55,199 bases of DNA, taken from the IMG/VR virus record IMGVR_UViG_3300020445_001189, positions 1 to 55,199 of that record, one strand, 5' to 3'. This DNA is from a virus. Its lineage: Duplodnaviria > Caudoviricetes. This document shows positions 35,495 to 44,150 of this stretch, one piece after another (the stretch's first letter is position 1; each line of letters begins with the position of its first letter). Both the position numbers and the translations under genes were made by a program. The notes beneath the pieces are model-generated. The model saw nothing but the letters and a program-made list of their open reading frames with translations. It was not told the DNA's origin and did not search any database.

Positions 35495-35904
35495 TTATCT
35501 GCCTCCACTATCCTTGTTCTCAAATTAGTTGTACTAAAAGAGTGTTGTCTTTTATTATAGTACAATTCTATGTCTTTGTCAACACATAATTGCTTACCTG
35601 TGAACTCTTTTGTCTTATATTCTTCTCCAATAAAACGTTTATCAATTTTATATGTTAAAAGTATATCTTCAATTTCTTTTTCTGTAGCATAAGGGACAAT
35701 TTGATCAATATATTTGCAACCTTCTAATTGCACATATCTTTCAAATACACTTTGGATTGGTTTATTTTTATCTGGGCGATCAATAGTTGGATCAGTTTGT
35801 ACTCCTACTATTAAATGATCGCAATTAGCTTTTGCTTCTTTAAGCATAGCAACGTGTCCGGAATGGAACAAGTCAAATGAACTAAATGTAATGCCTATAA
35901 TCAA
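35491..35904 (-). CDS. glycerol-3-phosphate cytidylyltransferase-like (TagD family)
   Basis: FDLFHSGH, RQHSFSTT. Confidence 0.88.
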   Translation of the reverse strand: MIIGITFSSFDLFHSGHVAMLKEAKANCDHLIVGVQTDPTIDRPDKNKPIQSVFERYVQLEGCKYIDQIVPYATEKEIEDILLTYKIDKRFIGEEYKTKEFTGKQLCVDKDIELYYNKRQHSFSTTNLRTRIVEADK

Positions 35905-36227
35905 TGCGTTCTCCTTCCATCAAAAACACAAACAAAATATGCTCCTAATGGTCCTGCGTGTACTTTATGAAATACTCCATCTTCAATTAATACTACATCA
36001 TTTTCTACAAATGATATTTCTTTATCGTCTAATTCCATTCTGCCACTGCCTTTAATAAAGTAATATACTTCTTCTTGTCCGTTGTGTTTATGTCCACTAG
36101 TAGACTTATAAGGTTTTAGATCGGTACTGCTTAAAACAAGATTTTTTAATGATGTATTATCTTTTACAATATATCTTTCATCTTCTTTGGCAACTTCTCC
36201 GCCAATATCTTGTATGTTTACCTTCAT
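35901..36227 (-). CDS. cupin domain protein
   Basis: GHKH...EEVYYF...G.G...FHKV. Confidence 0.85.
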   Translation of the reverse strand: MKVNIQDIGGEVAKEDERYIVKDNTSLKNLVLSSTDLKPYKSTSGHKHNGQEEVYYFIKGSGRMELDDKEISFVENDVVLIEDGVFHKVHAGPLGAYFVCVFDGRRTH

Positions 36228-36394
36228 CTTTTATTGGCGCCACGTTCTTGTCCAATACCCATTAAAATCAAAACAACGTATAAAGGTATCCAATACCAAG
36301 TTGTTAAGTAACCTGTAATATGTAAGGTCATTAACACTATACCGGTTAGCCCAGTTGTTCCAATTCCTTGTAATTCAGTTGTTGGAAGTTTCAT
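36224..36394 (-). CDS. small two-TM membrane protein (56 aa)
   Basis: Hand translation MKLPTTELQGIGTTGLTGIVLMTLHITGYLTTWYWIPLYVVLILMGIGQERGANKR; AGGAG RBS. Confidence 0.7.
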   Translation of the reverse strand: MKLPTTELQGIGTTGLTGIVLMTLHITGYLTTWYWIPLYVVLILMGIGQERGANKR

Positions 36395-36414
36395 ATATAC
36401 TCCTATTTTGTATT

Positions 36415-36443
36415 ATTATACAATAAAGATTAATAAAAGTCAA
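36415..36443 (-). promoter_or_regulatory. sigma70-like promoter
   Basis: TTGACT-N17-TATAAT. Confidence 0.8.
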
Positions 36444-36991
36444 GCATATAATCCACTAAAAAGGAAAGATACACTAAAACGGGGAGTTACTTCTTTTGGT
36501 TTAATTTCTCTATGTAATGTTCGAGCGGGAAAGGCCACACATCTACCTGGTTTAAATTCTACAGTTTCAAAAACAGTTTTACCATCTCTTTGATAGAATT
36601 CTATTGGACTATCACCTTGTAACATATAATAGAATACCCAATTAGACTTGTCAGAATAAACCATTTTACCTGAGCCGTCATGATCATAAGGTTCGTCCAT
36701 TGCAATCATATCAGGAAAGTGTTCTTCTGTTGACATATTTGTTTGTACATTTAATAAAGTTAAGAATCCTGCTTTTCCAAATATAGGAGGATTAATCTTT
36801 GCTTTTACATCATGACGTCTATAGTTAAATGCACACCATATAGCTTTTAATTCCCAAGGTAACTCGTTTAAATCGTGCCAAGTAGTATTAAATCCTTTTT
36901 GACTAAAAACAATTTTTTGATGTGGTAAAGCCGCCTCACATTGTTCACGTAACCAAACAGGTACAATATCGTCTATTACTATTATACTCAC
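36440..36991 (-). CDS. divergent 2OG-Fe(II) oxygenase-like protein
   Basis: IDDIVP start, KPGRCVAFPARTLH...PRFSVSF; paralog of 36988..37839; the HxD motif is not clearly retained. Confidence 0.6.
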   Translation of the reverse strand: MSIIVIDDIVPVWLREQCEAALPHQKIVFSQKGFNTTWHDLNELPWELKAIWCAFNYRRHDVKAKINPPIFGKAGFLTLLNVQTNMSTEEHFPDMIAMDEPYDHDGSGKMVYSDKSNWVFYYMLQGDSPIEFYQRDGKTVFETVEFKPGRCVAFPARTLHREIKPKEVTPRFSVSFLFSGLYA

Positions 36992-37839
36992 TTATGTCTC
37001 CTGTCTTGTTGCATTCCATGACTACCATGATCCATACCTGGTGCAATAGCTTGTTCTTGAATAGCTTGTTGTTCTTTTTTAAATATAGGCATAATAACTT
37101 GTCTGTCTCTTGCAAACTTAGAAGTTTTTCCACTAAAAATATAACCTATTGTTACTCTAGGACTTACTACTTTAGGTGGTAAACCTTGGTGTATAAACTT
37201 ACTAGGAAATACTATACATCTTCCATCTTTATAATCTACTGAATGCCATTTATAACTATCTAACTCACCTTCGTGATTACTAAAATCATCTTCGTACCAC
37301 GTTTCGTCTTTTGTTCTCATTTCGCCTTTTGCTTTTGCACGTTCTTTTGTCTTACGCATTTCTTCTTCTACTTCTTCTTGCGTAGCTTTTCCTTTACCAA
37401 CTGCATCAGCCAACTCTGCAATACGTGGATTAATATGTTCTGGGTTATTACTCCAGAAGTCCATACCAGTATCTCCACATACAGAATAAACCATTGTATA
37501 TGCTTCTGTGCCGTCATGAATATCTACATGAAGACCTCCTATATGGTCCTTAGTCGTCAAGTTAATTTGAATCTGGTTAAGCTGTATGTCACCAACATCG
37601 GGATCGATCTGGTGTTTTTGTTCTTCAAACGCCATCCATATTGCACGTAGTACCCATGGTGCGTCTTCTATTTCTTCGTGTTTCCATTGATCGCTAAAGA
37701 ACTGATAACCTTGTGAAGGTCCTAATCCTCTATGTCCCCAATGTAGTGGAAGGTATGGTACTGTTTCTACTGCTTGTTGATGTAACCATTGCGGTATAAC
37801 ATCATCTAGTACTTTGATTTTTTCTAATTCGAGGTCCAT
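36988..37839 (-). CDS. 2OG-Fe(II) oxygenase with charged helical insert
   Basis: LHVD...GRCIVFPSKFIHQG...PRVTIGY. Confidence 0.75.
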   Translation of the reverse strand: MDLELEKIKVLDDVIPQWLHQQAVETVPYLPLHWGHRGLGPSQGYQFFSDQWKHEEIEDAPWVLRAIWMAFEEQKHQIDPDVGDIQLNQIQINLTTKDHIGGLHVDIHDGTEAYTMVYSVCGDTGMDFWSNNPEHINPRIAELADAVGKGKATQEEVEEEMRKTKERAKAKGEMRTKDETWYEDDFSNHEGELDSYKWHSVDYKDGRCIVFPSKFIHQGLPPKVVSPRVTIGYIFSGKTSKFARDRQVIMPIFKKEQQAIQEQAIAPGMDHGSHGMQQDRRHK

Positions 37840-37844
37840 GACAG

Positions 37845-37850
37845 TATTTA
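37845..37850 (-). promoter_or_regulatory. T4-type late promoter, leaderless spacing
   Basis: TAAATA-N5-ATG(37839). Confidence 0.7.
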
Positions 37851-37863
37851 ATCTGCCGTAATC

Positions 37864-38277
37864 TTATAGATCTCCGTCCTGGCGGTTTTCCGAATAATAT
37901 GCATCAAATTCACCACCTGGATATCTGGATTTTAATTTGTTTACGTTCTCTGCTATGACGTCGTTAGGGTCCAAGCCAAGAGCACGGCAACTGTTAATCC
38001 AATACCAGATAATATCACCAAGTTCTCGTTTGCAATGAAATACAGTTTCATCATTAAGTGGTTTACCTTGGAAGATACATTTTTTAATAATTTCATTAAA
38101 TTCTCCTGTTTCTGAAGATAGCCCTATACCACCAGTTAGTAGTAATGCTACATTAACATCTTTATTCTTAATATTCATTTCACCGAGCTTAGATATTAAT
38201 GCTCCTGGTTTTCCACTTTCATCTGAAGTTACTTCAGACACAAAGTCTTGGTATTTGTTGAGGTCTATATTAGGCAA
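37864..38277 (-). CDS. mazG: MazG-like nucleotide pyrophosphohydrolase
   Basis: GLSSETGEFNEIIKK, ELGDIIWY, NVNKLKSRYP. Confidence 0.9.
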   Translation of the reverse strand: MPNIDLNKYQDFVSEVTSDESGKPGALISKLGEMNIKNKDVNVALLLTGGIGLSSETGEFNEIIKKCIFQGKPLNDETVFHCKRELGDIIWYWINSCRALGLDPNDVIAENVNKLKSRYPGGEFDAYYSENRQDGDL

Positions 38278-38289
38278 AGGATATCCTTT

Positions 38290-38721
38290 CTATTCTTCCC
38301 TAACGAAACTGCTAGGGTCTATTGTTGGCTGTGATAAATCTGTGTTAGTTCCAATAACGCCATCTTCTGGTTGTTCTTTTGACATTAATAAAACATCTTT
38401 AGTGTCAATTAGTCTAACCTCAATTTTTCCTAATTCAGGTTCGTCTAACATAACACCTCTACTCCAACGACCATGGTCTACGTAGATCCAATCACCTACT
38501 TCATAGTCATCTTTGTTAGTTGGTCCTTTGGCGTATACTTGACACCAACGAGAACGTATTCCACGTTCCTGTCCGTCGTCACTAGTTATAATGATACCGC
38601 CTTTTGTCTTACGTTCACCAAAGTTCATGTTGTATGCTAACACACGATCTTTGATAGGCCTAAGTGTTCCCTTCAGTTGAGGTTTGAGCTTTGGCCCAGC
38701 ACCTAGTGTCGTTGCGTCCAT
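38290..38721 (-). CDS. groES: GroES-like co-chaperonin
   Basis: LRPIKDRVL, ERKTKGGIII, V.A.GP, VGD. Confidence 0.85.
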   Translation of the reverse strand: MDATTLGAGPKLKPQLKGTLRPIKDRVLAYNMNFGERKTKGGIIITSDDGQERGIRSRWCQVYAKGPTNKDDYEVGDWIYVDHGRWSRGVMLDEPELGKIEVRLIDTKDVLLMSKEQPEDGVIGTNTDLSQPTIDPSSFVREE

Positions 38722-38724
38722 TGA

Positions 38725-39141
38725 CTACTTGTCCTTTTTTACAAAATTACCATCGGCGTCTTCAACCCAAGCTGTACCTGTTTCATCAGCTTCAGCATCG
38801 ATTTCAGCCATCTCATCTACAGCTTCGTCCTTAACAACCTGTGGAGCAACTTCTTCTGCAACTTTTTTAACTGCATCTTTAGTTTCTTCATCAGCTTCTA
38901 CAGTACCTTGTCCAGGTACTTCGTTCGGAACGGCTTGTGGATGATCTCTATAGTACTCACCTAAAACATCTTCACGTTTTTTAATGATCTTACCACCTGG
39001 GCCTAATTCATCACCACGTGCATTTACACGAGCATTTCCTACGGCTGGAGTAAGTTCATTTCTTTGACGTAGTAAATCCATATCGACTTGTTTACCTTGC
39101 ATAGTCTTATATGTTTTACGTCCGCTTTGTTTTACTGCCAT
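38725..39141 (-). CDS. hypothetical late protein
   Basis: AVGNARVNARGDELGPGG; AGGAG RBS; late promoter at 39164-39170. Confidence 0.75.
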   Translation of the reverse strand: MAVKQSGRKTYKTMQGKQVDMDLLRQRNELTPAVGNARVNARGDELGPGGKIIKKREDVLGEYYRDHPQAVPNEVPGQGTVEADEETKDAVKKVAEEVAPQVVKDEAVDEMAEIDAEADETGTAWVEDADGNFVKKDK

Positions 39142-39166
39142 TTTCTTCTCCTAATTATATACGTAT

Positions 39167-39724
39167 TTATCTAAGGAACTCACGCCAGTCTAGTCCAAAC
39201 TGGATTGAGTTGATCTTGTGTACGCCAATCAAAAATAGTACATAACTAGCCGTACTAGATCCACGTCCTACACCCCATAATATATTATTTTCTCTCATAT
39301 AGCTTACCAAATATGCCATATATTTGAGCAAGTTAGTCATGTCACGTCTTTTAAATTCTTCTAATTCTTCAAATGCCCTATTCCATTCAGGACTTTTTGT
39401 AACTTCATCTACATCGTCATTTTGTAAGTGTTCCATTAGACGTGTAAGTATGTGTGTATTAATATCCAAATTTTTATATTCCTCAGGCATAAACCATTCA
39501 CTTTGACATACACCGTCAAATGTTTTTTGGTCCACATCTAATGGAACATATTTTTTGAGTTTGTCTATACCATTTTCTTCTGCAAGTGTATTAAATTTTT
39601 CTATGTCATCATTTGGATCACATAATACAACATGACATTTATCAATATGACCTGTATAGATCATATCAATAAGATCTTTATTTGAAAATCGTGGTATTCC
39701 TAATTCGTCAGTTTTCATCAGCAT
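39167..39724 (-). CDS. stand-alone DnaE (Pol III alpha)-like fragment
   Basis: R..EEL...GVGRGSSTASYVLFLIGVHKIN...L...EFL matches the DnaE GPGRGS region. Confidence 0.75.
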   Translation of the reverse strand: MLMKTDELGIPRFSNKDLIDMIYTGHIDKCHVVLCDPNDDIEKFNTLAEENGIDKLKKYVPLDVDQKTFDGVCQSEWFMPEEYKNLDINTHILTRLMEHLQNDDVDEVTKSPEWNRAFEELEEFKRRDMTNLLKYMAYLVSYMRENNILWGVGRGSSTASYVLFLIGVHKINSIQFGLDWREFLR

Positions 39725-39731
39725 TAATTGT

Positions 39732-39760
39732 ATTTTACTTGATGTTAGTTAAAAAGTCAA
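39732..39760 (-). promoter_or_regulatory. sigma70-like promoter
   Basis: TTGACT-N17-TAAAAT, 7 nt before the ATG at 39724. Confidence 0.7.
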
Positions 39761-39768
39761 GTATTATT

Positions 39769-40002
39769 TTACTCGATGTTAATTAATTTGTCAAGATCGT
39801 TACCTTTATGGTCTTTACCTTTTGCTCGTTTTTTCAATATACGATCTTTATACTCAAGTTTATACATATCGAGCAACAAATTTAATTGTGATTTGGTTTG
39901 TGGGTTTCTAGTTTGGAAGAACTTCTTAGTTAATAAAGTTATTTTTTGATCTAACTGTTCATCTGATAAAACCGAGGTATCTTCACCTAACGGATGATCC
40001 AT
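39769..40002 (-). CDS. hypothetical protein
   Basis: 77 aa helical ORF. Confidence 0.7.
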   Translation of the reverse strand: MDHPLGEDTSVLSDEQLDQKITLLTKKFFQTRNPQTKSQLNLLLDMYKLEYKDRILKKRAKGKDHKGNDLDKLINIE

Positions 40003-40014
40003 AATACTTACCTA

Positions 40015-40581
40015 TTAAGTAAATACGCCAACGTATTCAGCATACACAGTAGTACCACCATCGCTAGTCCAAAAGTCAACTACGACAGGGTTTACATTGG
40101 ATTCAACAACGAACGGACTAGGCCAACCTGGACCTGTTTTAATAGTTCCGCCACCTGATGTTGCCCAAGTAACAGTTCTTGTTGTACTGTCACCTAGTGT
40201 ATCTAATAATACTAATCTTATTTTTCCTACTTTATTTGCTGTAGGCCAATCTGCAAATGTAAGTGTTAACGAAGCACCTATTGTGAACGTTTGATAATTA
40301 CCATTTGTAAAGGATACGTTTTGTGGACCTGTAATAGTTCCACCTGCGTATAATTTTGTAGTGTTTGCAATTAAGTTCGCACCACTAACATCATTACCTA
40401 GAAAGTCGTTACCAGCATTTAATTTAGCAGAGTTAGTTTGAAGTGATTCAATTTCACTCTTTGCCGCAGTAAAGTTATTTTTAATAGTATTGAAGTTATT
40501 TCTAAAACCCTGGGAATCGTTATCTTGTCCCGCTATCGGATATGTTGCGTCAATACCTGTACTGTCTATATTACTTGCCAT
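40015..40581 (-). CDS. virion structural protein (tail/baseplate)
   Basis: YPIAGQDNDSQGFRNNF, short coiled coil, beta-rich C-terminus; late promoter at 40604-40610. Confidence 0.65.
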   Translation of the reverse strand: MASNIDSTGIDATYPIAGQDNDSQGFRNNFNTIKNNFTAAKSEIESLQTNSAKLNAGNDFLGNDVSGANLIANTTKLYAGGTITGPQNVSFTNGNYQTFTIGASLTLTFADWPTANKVGKIRLVLLDTLGDSTTRTVTWATSGGGTIKTGPGWPSPFVVESNVNPVVVDFWTSDGGTTVYAEYVGVFT

Positions 40582-40614
40582 TTTTGTTCCTCTCTAGTGT
40601 ATATATTTATCCTG

Positions 40615-43600
40615 CTAAACATTAAAGCTGTAATTCCCGAATGGAATATATTGCTCGTTGCTGTTTCCTTTAGTATTGTCTATGACATATCTGTCAATTT
40701 CGAAGTCTAATTGACGGAAATCAAAGCCATTATTCTGGATATTTAACAGTATTTGAGCACTTGTTCCTGGTTTACAGTAGCATAGTGGAATAGCAGTAAC
40801 ATACCCTAATTCTTCTACTGTATTTGATTGTGCAGTAGACATCCATAGTGGTAAAAAGTTCTGTTCTGTAACTCCTACTTGGCTTAAATTAGCTCTCATA
40901 TTAGTAATATTGCTTATGTATCTAGTTTGGCTGTTTGGATCACTAATTTTAACAGCATTACTTGATACTTTAATAGGTGTGTCATTTGGTCTAAATCTAA
41001 ATGGATCACTTGATGTTGTAGCTATCTGAGCCGCCTGTAGTTCAGCACCTGTTCTTGTAGTTACGTTAATAATACCATCAGCGTCAATAACTATACTTCC
41101 ACCATTTCTAGCCATAATGGCTACATCATTACCTAATGCTCTAACTAGAATAGTTTGACCAATGGAATTTGTAACCATGAATACTGCCAAGCCTGATCCT
41201 TCTTTAGAAGCGTCATCACTTGTTTCATATTCAACACTATCAACAGTAAGTTTTTTAGGATTTATAATAGTATCTTTAGATCTTACTTTTGTAACACCTG
41301 ATGTAACATCAACTGGGTCAATTACTTCAACATAAACTACTTCATAGATAGATGTTGTAGTACCTGCCTTTTTAGCAGTAGCAGTTTTTATAGAACCCAT
41401 TTTAAATCTTTTTCTTTTGTGATTTAATCTAGTTGCCGCAATATATTCTCTAATCTCTTTTGTTTCCAATCCTGAGTATACCAACATCTTAACTTCTTTT
41501 TGTAAACCAAATTCTGGATCGTTTGGTCTATAAATTGAGCTGGGTGTAAACACGTTAGGATCACCAATGAAGTTGCTGTATGCAGACCTCTGTGTGCTTT
41601 TAAGAAGTGGTTTTACGTAGAGATTACTATACGTTACGTTGTCTGGATCGCTTACTACTATATTGAATTCTCTAGTAGTTGCACTAAATCCAAATCTATC
41701 TCTTGCTCGAATTGTGAATTTGAATTTTCTATCTGTAGTAGTTGTACCACCGTCCATACTAAAACTATTGTCATCAATAGTTGTTAAACCTAAAAGTGTA
41801 CCACTAGCAAACTGTCTTACTTTACCTACAATTTCTCCATTGTAATTTAGTATAAGTCCTGGTGGTAAAGTTCCTGCTGTTATATCATAAAGTAAACTTG
41901 AGTCACTTACAGTTGTTGTTGCATTAACAGAAAACGTACTAATAAAGTTTGCATTAATACTACCAAGTGCCGCCGGAGTATTCCAAGTAATTGTACTTTC
42001 AACTTCACCTAATATTTTAACTGTAAACGTTTTTTGTTTTTCTGCTATTAAAGATTCTTTACTAATACTTGTATATCTTTTAGCTGATACAGTAAATTTA
42101 TATTCTTTAGTTACCGCAGGCATATAAGGAACACGACCAGCAATTTCACCTGTAGTAGGATCTATAACCATTCCTGGTGGTATTGTACTTGCACTACCAT
42201 CATCATTAGTTGCTTGTAATTCATATGACATAACACCTACTAGTGTTTCAGAAACATAAGTTTCTAAAAATATTGTTACGTAGTTGTTTGCTCTTTTGTA
42301 ACCTAAGTCTGCTGGAGTTAACCAAAGCGGAGTTCTTAAGTATGTGTTATCAGCAGTAAATAATCCTGTACCTATTTGCATAATAGTATTATCTGCACGT
42401 AGGAAATCATCTCCAACTAAAAATATTTGAAACTTACGTTCTTCAATAGTATCGCCATCACTTACACTTACAGTAAATTCATATATTCTGTTTAATTTCT
42501 TAGGACTTTGTGTAGGTATTGCGTAGTCATAACCTTGTGTGTCATAGTAGTAACTTTCAAAACCATTTGCACTTCTCATACCAAAGTCAAACGCAAATGA
42601 ATCGTATTGTGCCATATCATAATAGCCATTACCACTTCTTTCGTCTAATGCCATAATTGGATCAACGATACCAACTAACTTACCATCTGTGGTTAGCGTT
42701 ATTCCTGGAGGTAGCGTACCATCTCCATCTGATATAAAGTATTCTAAATTTTGTCCTGTTGGTAAATCTGCATCAATGGCAGATAATTGGAAGTCTACTA
42801 TACTATTATCTAGTATATAAAAACTGTTATTAGGTCCTAATGGTAACTTACCTGCATTAGTTGTCCATACTGGTTTATCAGGTCCTTGTATTTCAATTTT
42901 GTATGTTCTATCTCTAGTACCATCATTATTCTTTGCTCTTAAAACAAATTCGTAATCTGTATCTCTTGAAACTTCAAATGGCGTACCTACAATCTTGTTA
43001 TCTTGTAAACGCATACCTGGTGGAAGTTCTCCACTTATAAGTGTAATGATATCTGTGTTTAAATTAATTTCTGTAACAGAACCAAATTCTAAAAATATAT
43101 CTGGAGCACTTGTAGTTGTGTAACCTAAATAGTTACCAACAATAGTTCTCATATAATCTTCAACACTATGTCCAGCACTAGTTTTATAATGAATAACTGA
43201 ACCAGCTAGATAACTGTAATAATAAGTTCCTGATACACCATAAAATATTCCTCCAGCATCTGGAATAATTGCTCCTGTGTAACCTTGTGATTTTGCTACT
43301 TGGTATACACTATCTTGAGCTTCTAAAAATGAATACCCAAATGCGTGTGCCCCACCGGCATAAGGAATAGTTGCATCTGCTGTACCTTGTATGTTTAAAA
43401 ATCTTCTTGGCTTTATAGGAGTCTTTGCAGTATTGTATTCTGCTGATGTAATACCTGTTTCTCCTGATGGAATATAAAATGTATCGTTTCTAAACATAGG
43501 ATCAAAAAACTGTGAACCTATTGTACATATACTATCTAAAGCTACATCATCTATTTCTACGTATGCTCTATTAGCCAATGCCGCACCGTTACTAAATCCA

Positions 43601-44106
43601 ACTAATCTAATCTTACCACTATCAACGTTTGAATAAAATTTTAAGTGTGTAATTAAATCTTTTAAAAATTCTATGTCTGGTGCTTTTGTTGTTTCGTGTG
43701 CAACGTTCCAAGCATTGTTATAACCTGTTGGTGCTATAAGAATATGATCACCTAAATAGTTTTGCCAATCGTTAATTTCATTTGCACCATTACCACCATC
43801 ACCATGCAATAATATTGCAACTGGAACACGTTTATTTGTTAATGCAGGTATTGTTGGAATTCTAACAGATATAGGATATGTGTAAGTTGTAGCTACACCA
43901 CCTTGTGTCCAAGTTTTAGTAATTGAAATAGTTGTACTATTTTGTATTCTACCTTGAGCAGGTAAACTGACAGATGTTTGTGCAGGGTCAAACCCTGTTC
44001 CACTCGCTGATCCTGGAGCAATAGGTAACGTGATAGAAGTAGTAACTCTTTCTTGTAGAGTTCCTAGTTTATATCCCGAATTTTGTGTCCACTGTGGTAC
44101 TGCCAT
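40615..44106 (-). CDS. baseplate-wedge-like Ig-repeat structural protein with an inserted alpha/beta-hydrolase (esterase)
   Basis: Repeated G.LPPG(M/I/L).L...G.I.G Ig-like units; LHG, GFSNG, GTAD, GH esterase motifs; late promoter at 44128-44134. Confidence 0.7.
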   Translation of the reverse strand: MAVPQWTQNSGYKLGTLQERVTTSITLPIAPGSASGTGFDPAQTSVSLPAQGRIQNSTTISITKTWTQGGVATTYTYPISVRIPTIPALTNKRVPVAILLHGDGGNGANEINDWQNYLGDHILIAPTGYNNAWNVAHETTKAPDIEFLKDLITHLKFYSNVDSGKIRLVGFSNGAALANRAYVEIDDVALDSICTIGSQFFDPMFRNDTFYIPSGETGITSAEYNTAKTPIKPRRFLNIQGTADATIPYAGGAHAFGYSFLEAQDSVYQVAKSQGYTGAIIPDAGGIFYGVSGTYYYSYLAGSVIHYKTSAGHSVEDYMRTIVGNYLGYTTTSAPDIFLEFGSVTEINLNTDIITLISGELPPGMRLQDNKIVGTPFEVSRDTDYEFVLRAKNNDGTRDRTYKIEIQGPDKPVWTTNAGKLPLGPNNSFYILDNSIVDFQLSAIDADLPTGQNLEYFISDGDGTLPPGITLTTDGKLVGIVDPIMALDERSGNGYYDMAQYDSFAFDFGMRSANGFESYYYDTQGYDYAIPTQSPKKLNRIYEFTVSVSDGDTIEERKFQIFLVGDDFLRADNTIMQIGTGLFTADNTYLRTPLWLTPADLGYKRANNYVTIFLETYVSETLVGVMSYELQATNDDGSASTIPPGMVIDPTTGEIAGRVPYMPAVTKEYKFTVSAKRYTSISKESLIAEKQKTFTVKILGEVESTITWNTPAALGSINANFISTFSVNATTTVSDSSLLYDITAGTLPPGLILNYNGEIVGKVRQFASGTLLGLTTIDDNSFSMDGGTTTTDRKFKFTIRARDRFGFSATTREFNIVVSDPDNVTYSNLYVKPLLKSTQRSAYSNFIGDPNVFTPSSIYRPNDPEFGLQKEVKMLVYSGLETKEIREYIAATRLNHKRKRFKMGSIKTATAKKAGTTTSIYEVVYVEVIDPVDVTSGVTKVRSKDTIINPKKLTVDSVEYETSDDASKEGSGLAVFMVTNSIGQTILVRALGNDVAIMARNGGSIVIDADGIINVTTRTGAELQAAQIATTSSDPFRFRPNDTPIKVSSNAVKISDPNSQTRYISNITNMRANLSQVGVTEQNFLPLWMSTAQSNTVEELGYVTAIPLCYCKPGTSAQILLNIQNNGFDFRQLDFEIDRYVIDNTKGNSNEQYIPFGNYSFNV

Positions 44107-44150
44107 CTTAAATCCTTCACTTTACAGTATTTATCGGATCTTGGTGGCTA

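Noticed and set aside
39142-39170. Frameshift or readthrough extending the DnaE fragment
   Set aside because: The sequence after the stop is a late promoter plus the RBS of an unrelated gene, and no PDxD continuation was seen.
40003-40010. TAAGTA upstream of ORF 39769..40002
   Set aside because: It lies only 2 nt from the ATG, which does not fit the N5 spacing, so it was not counted as a leaderless promoter.
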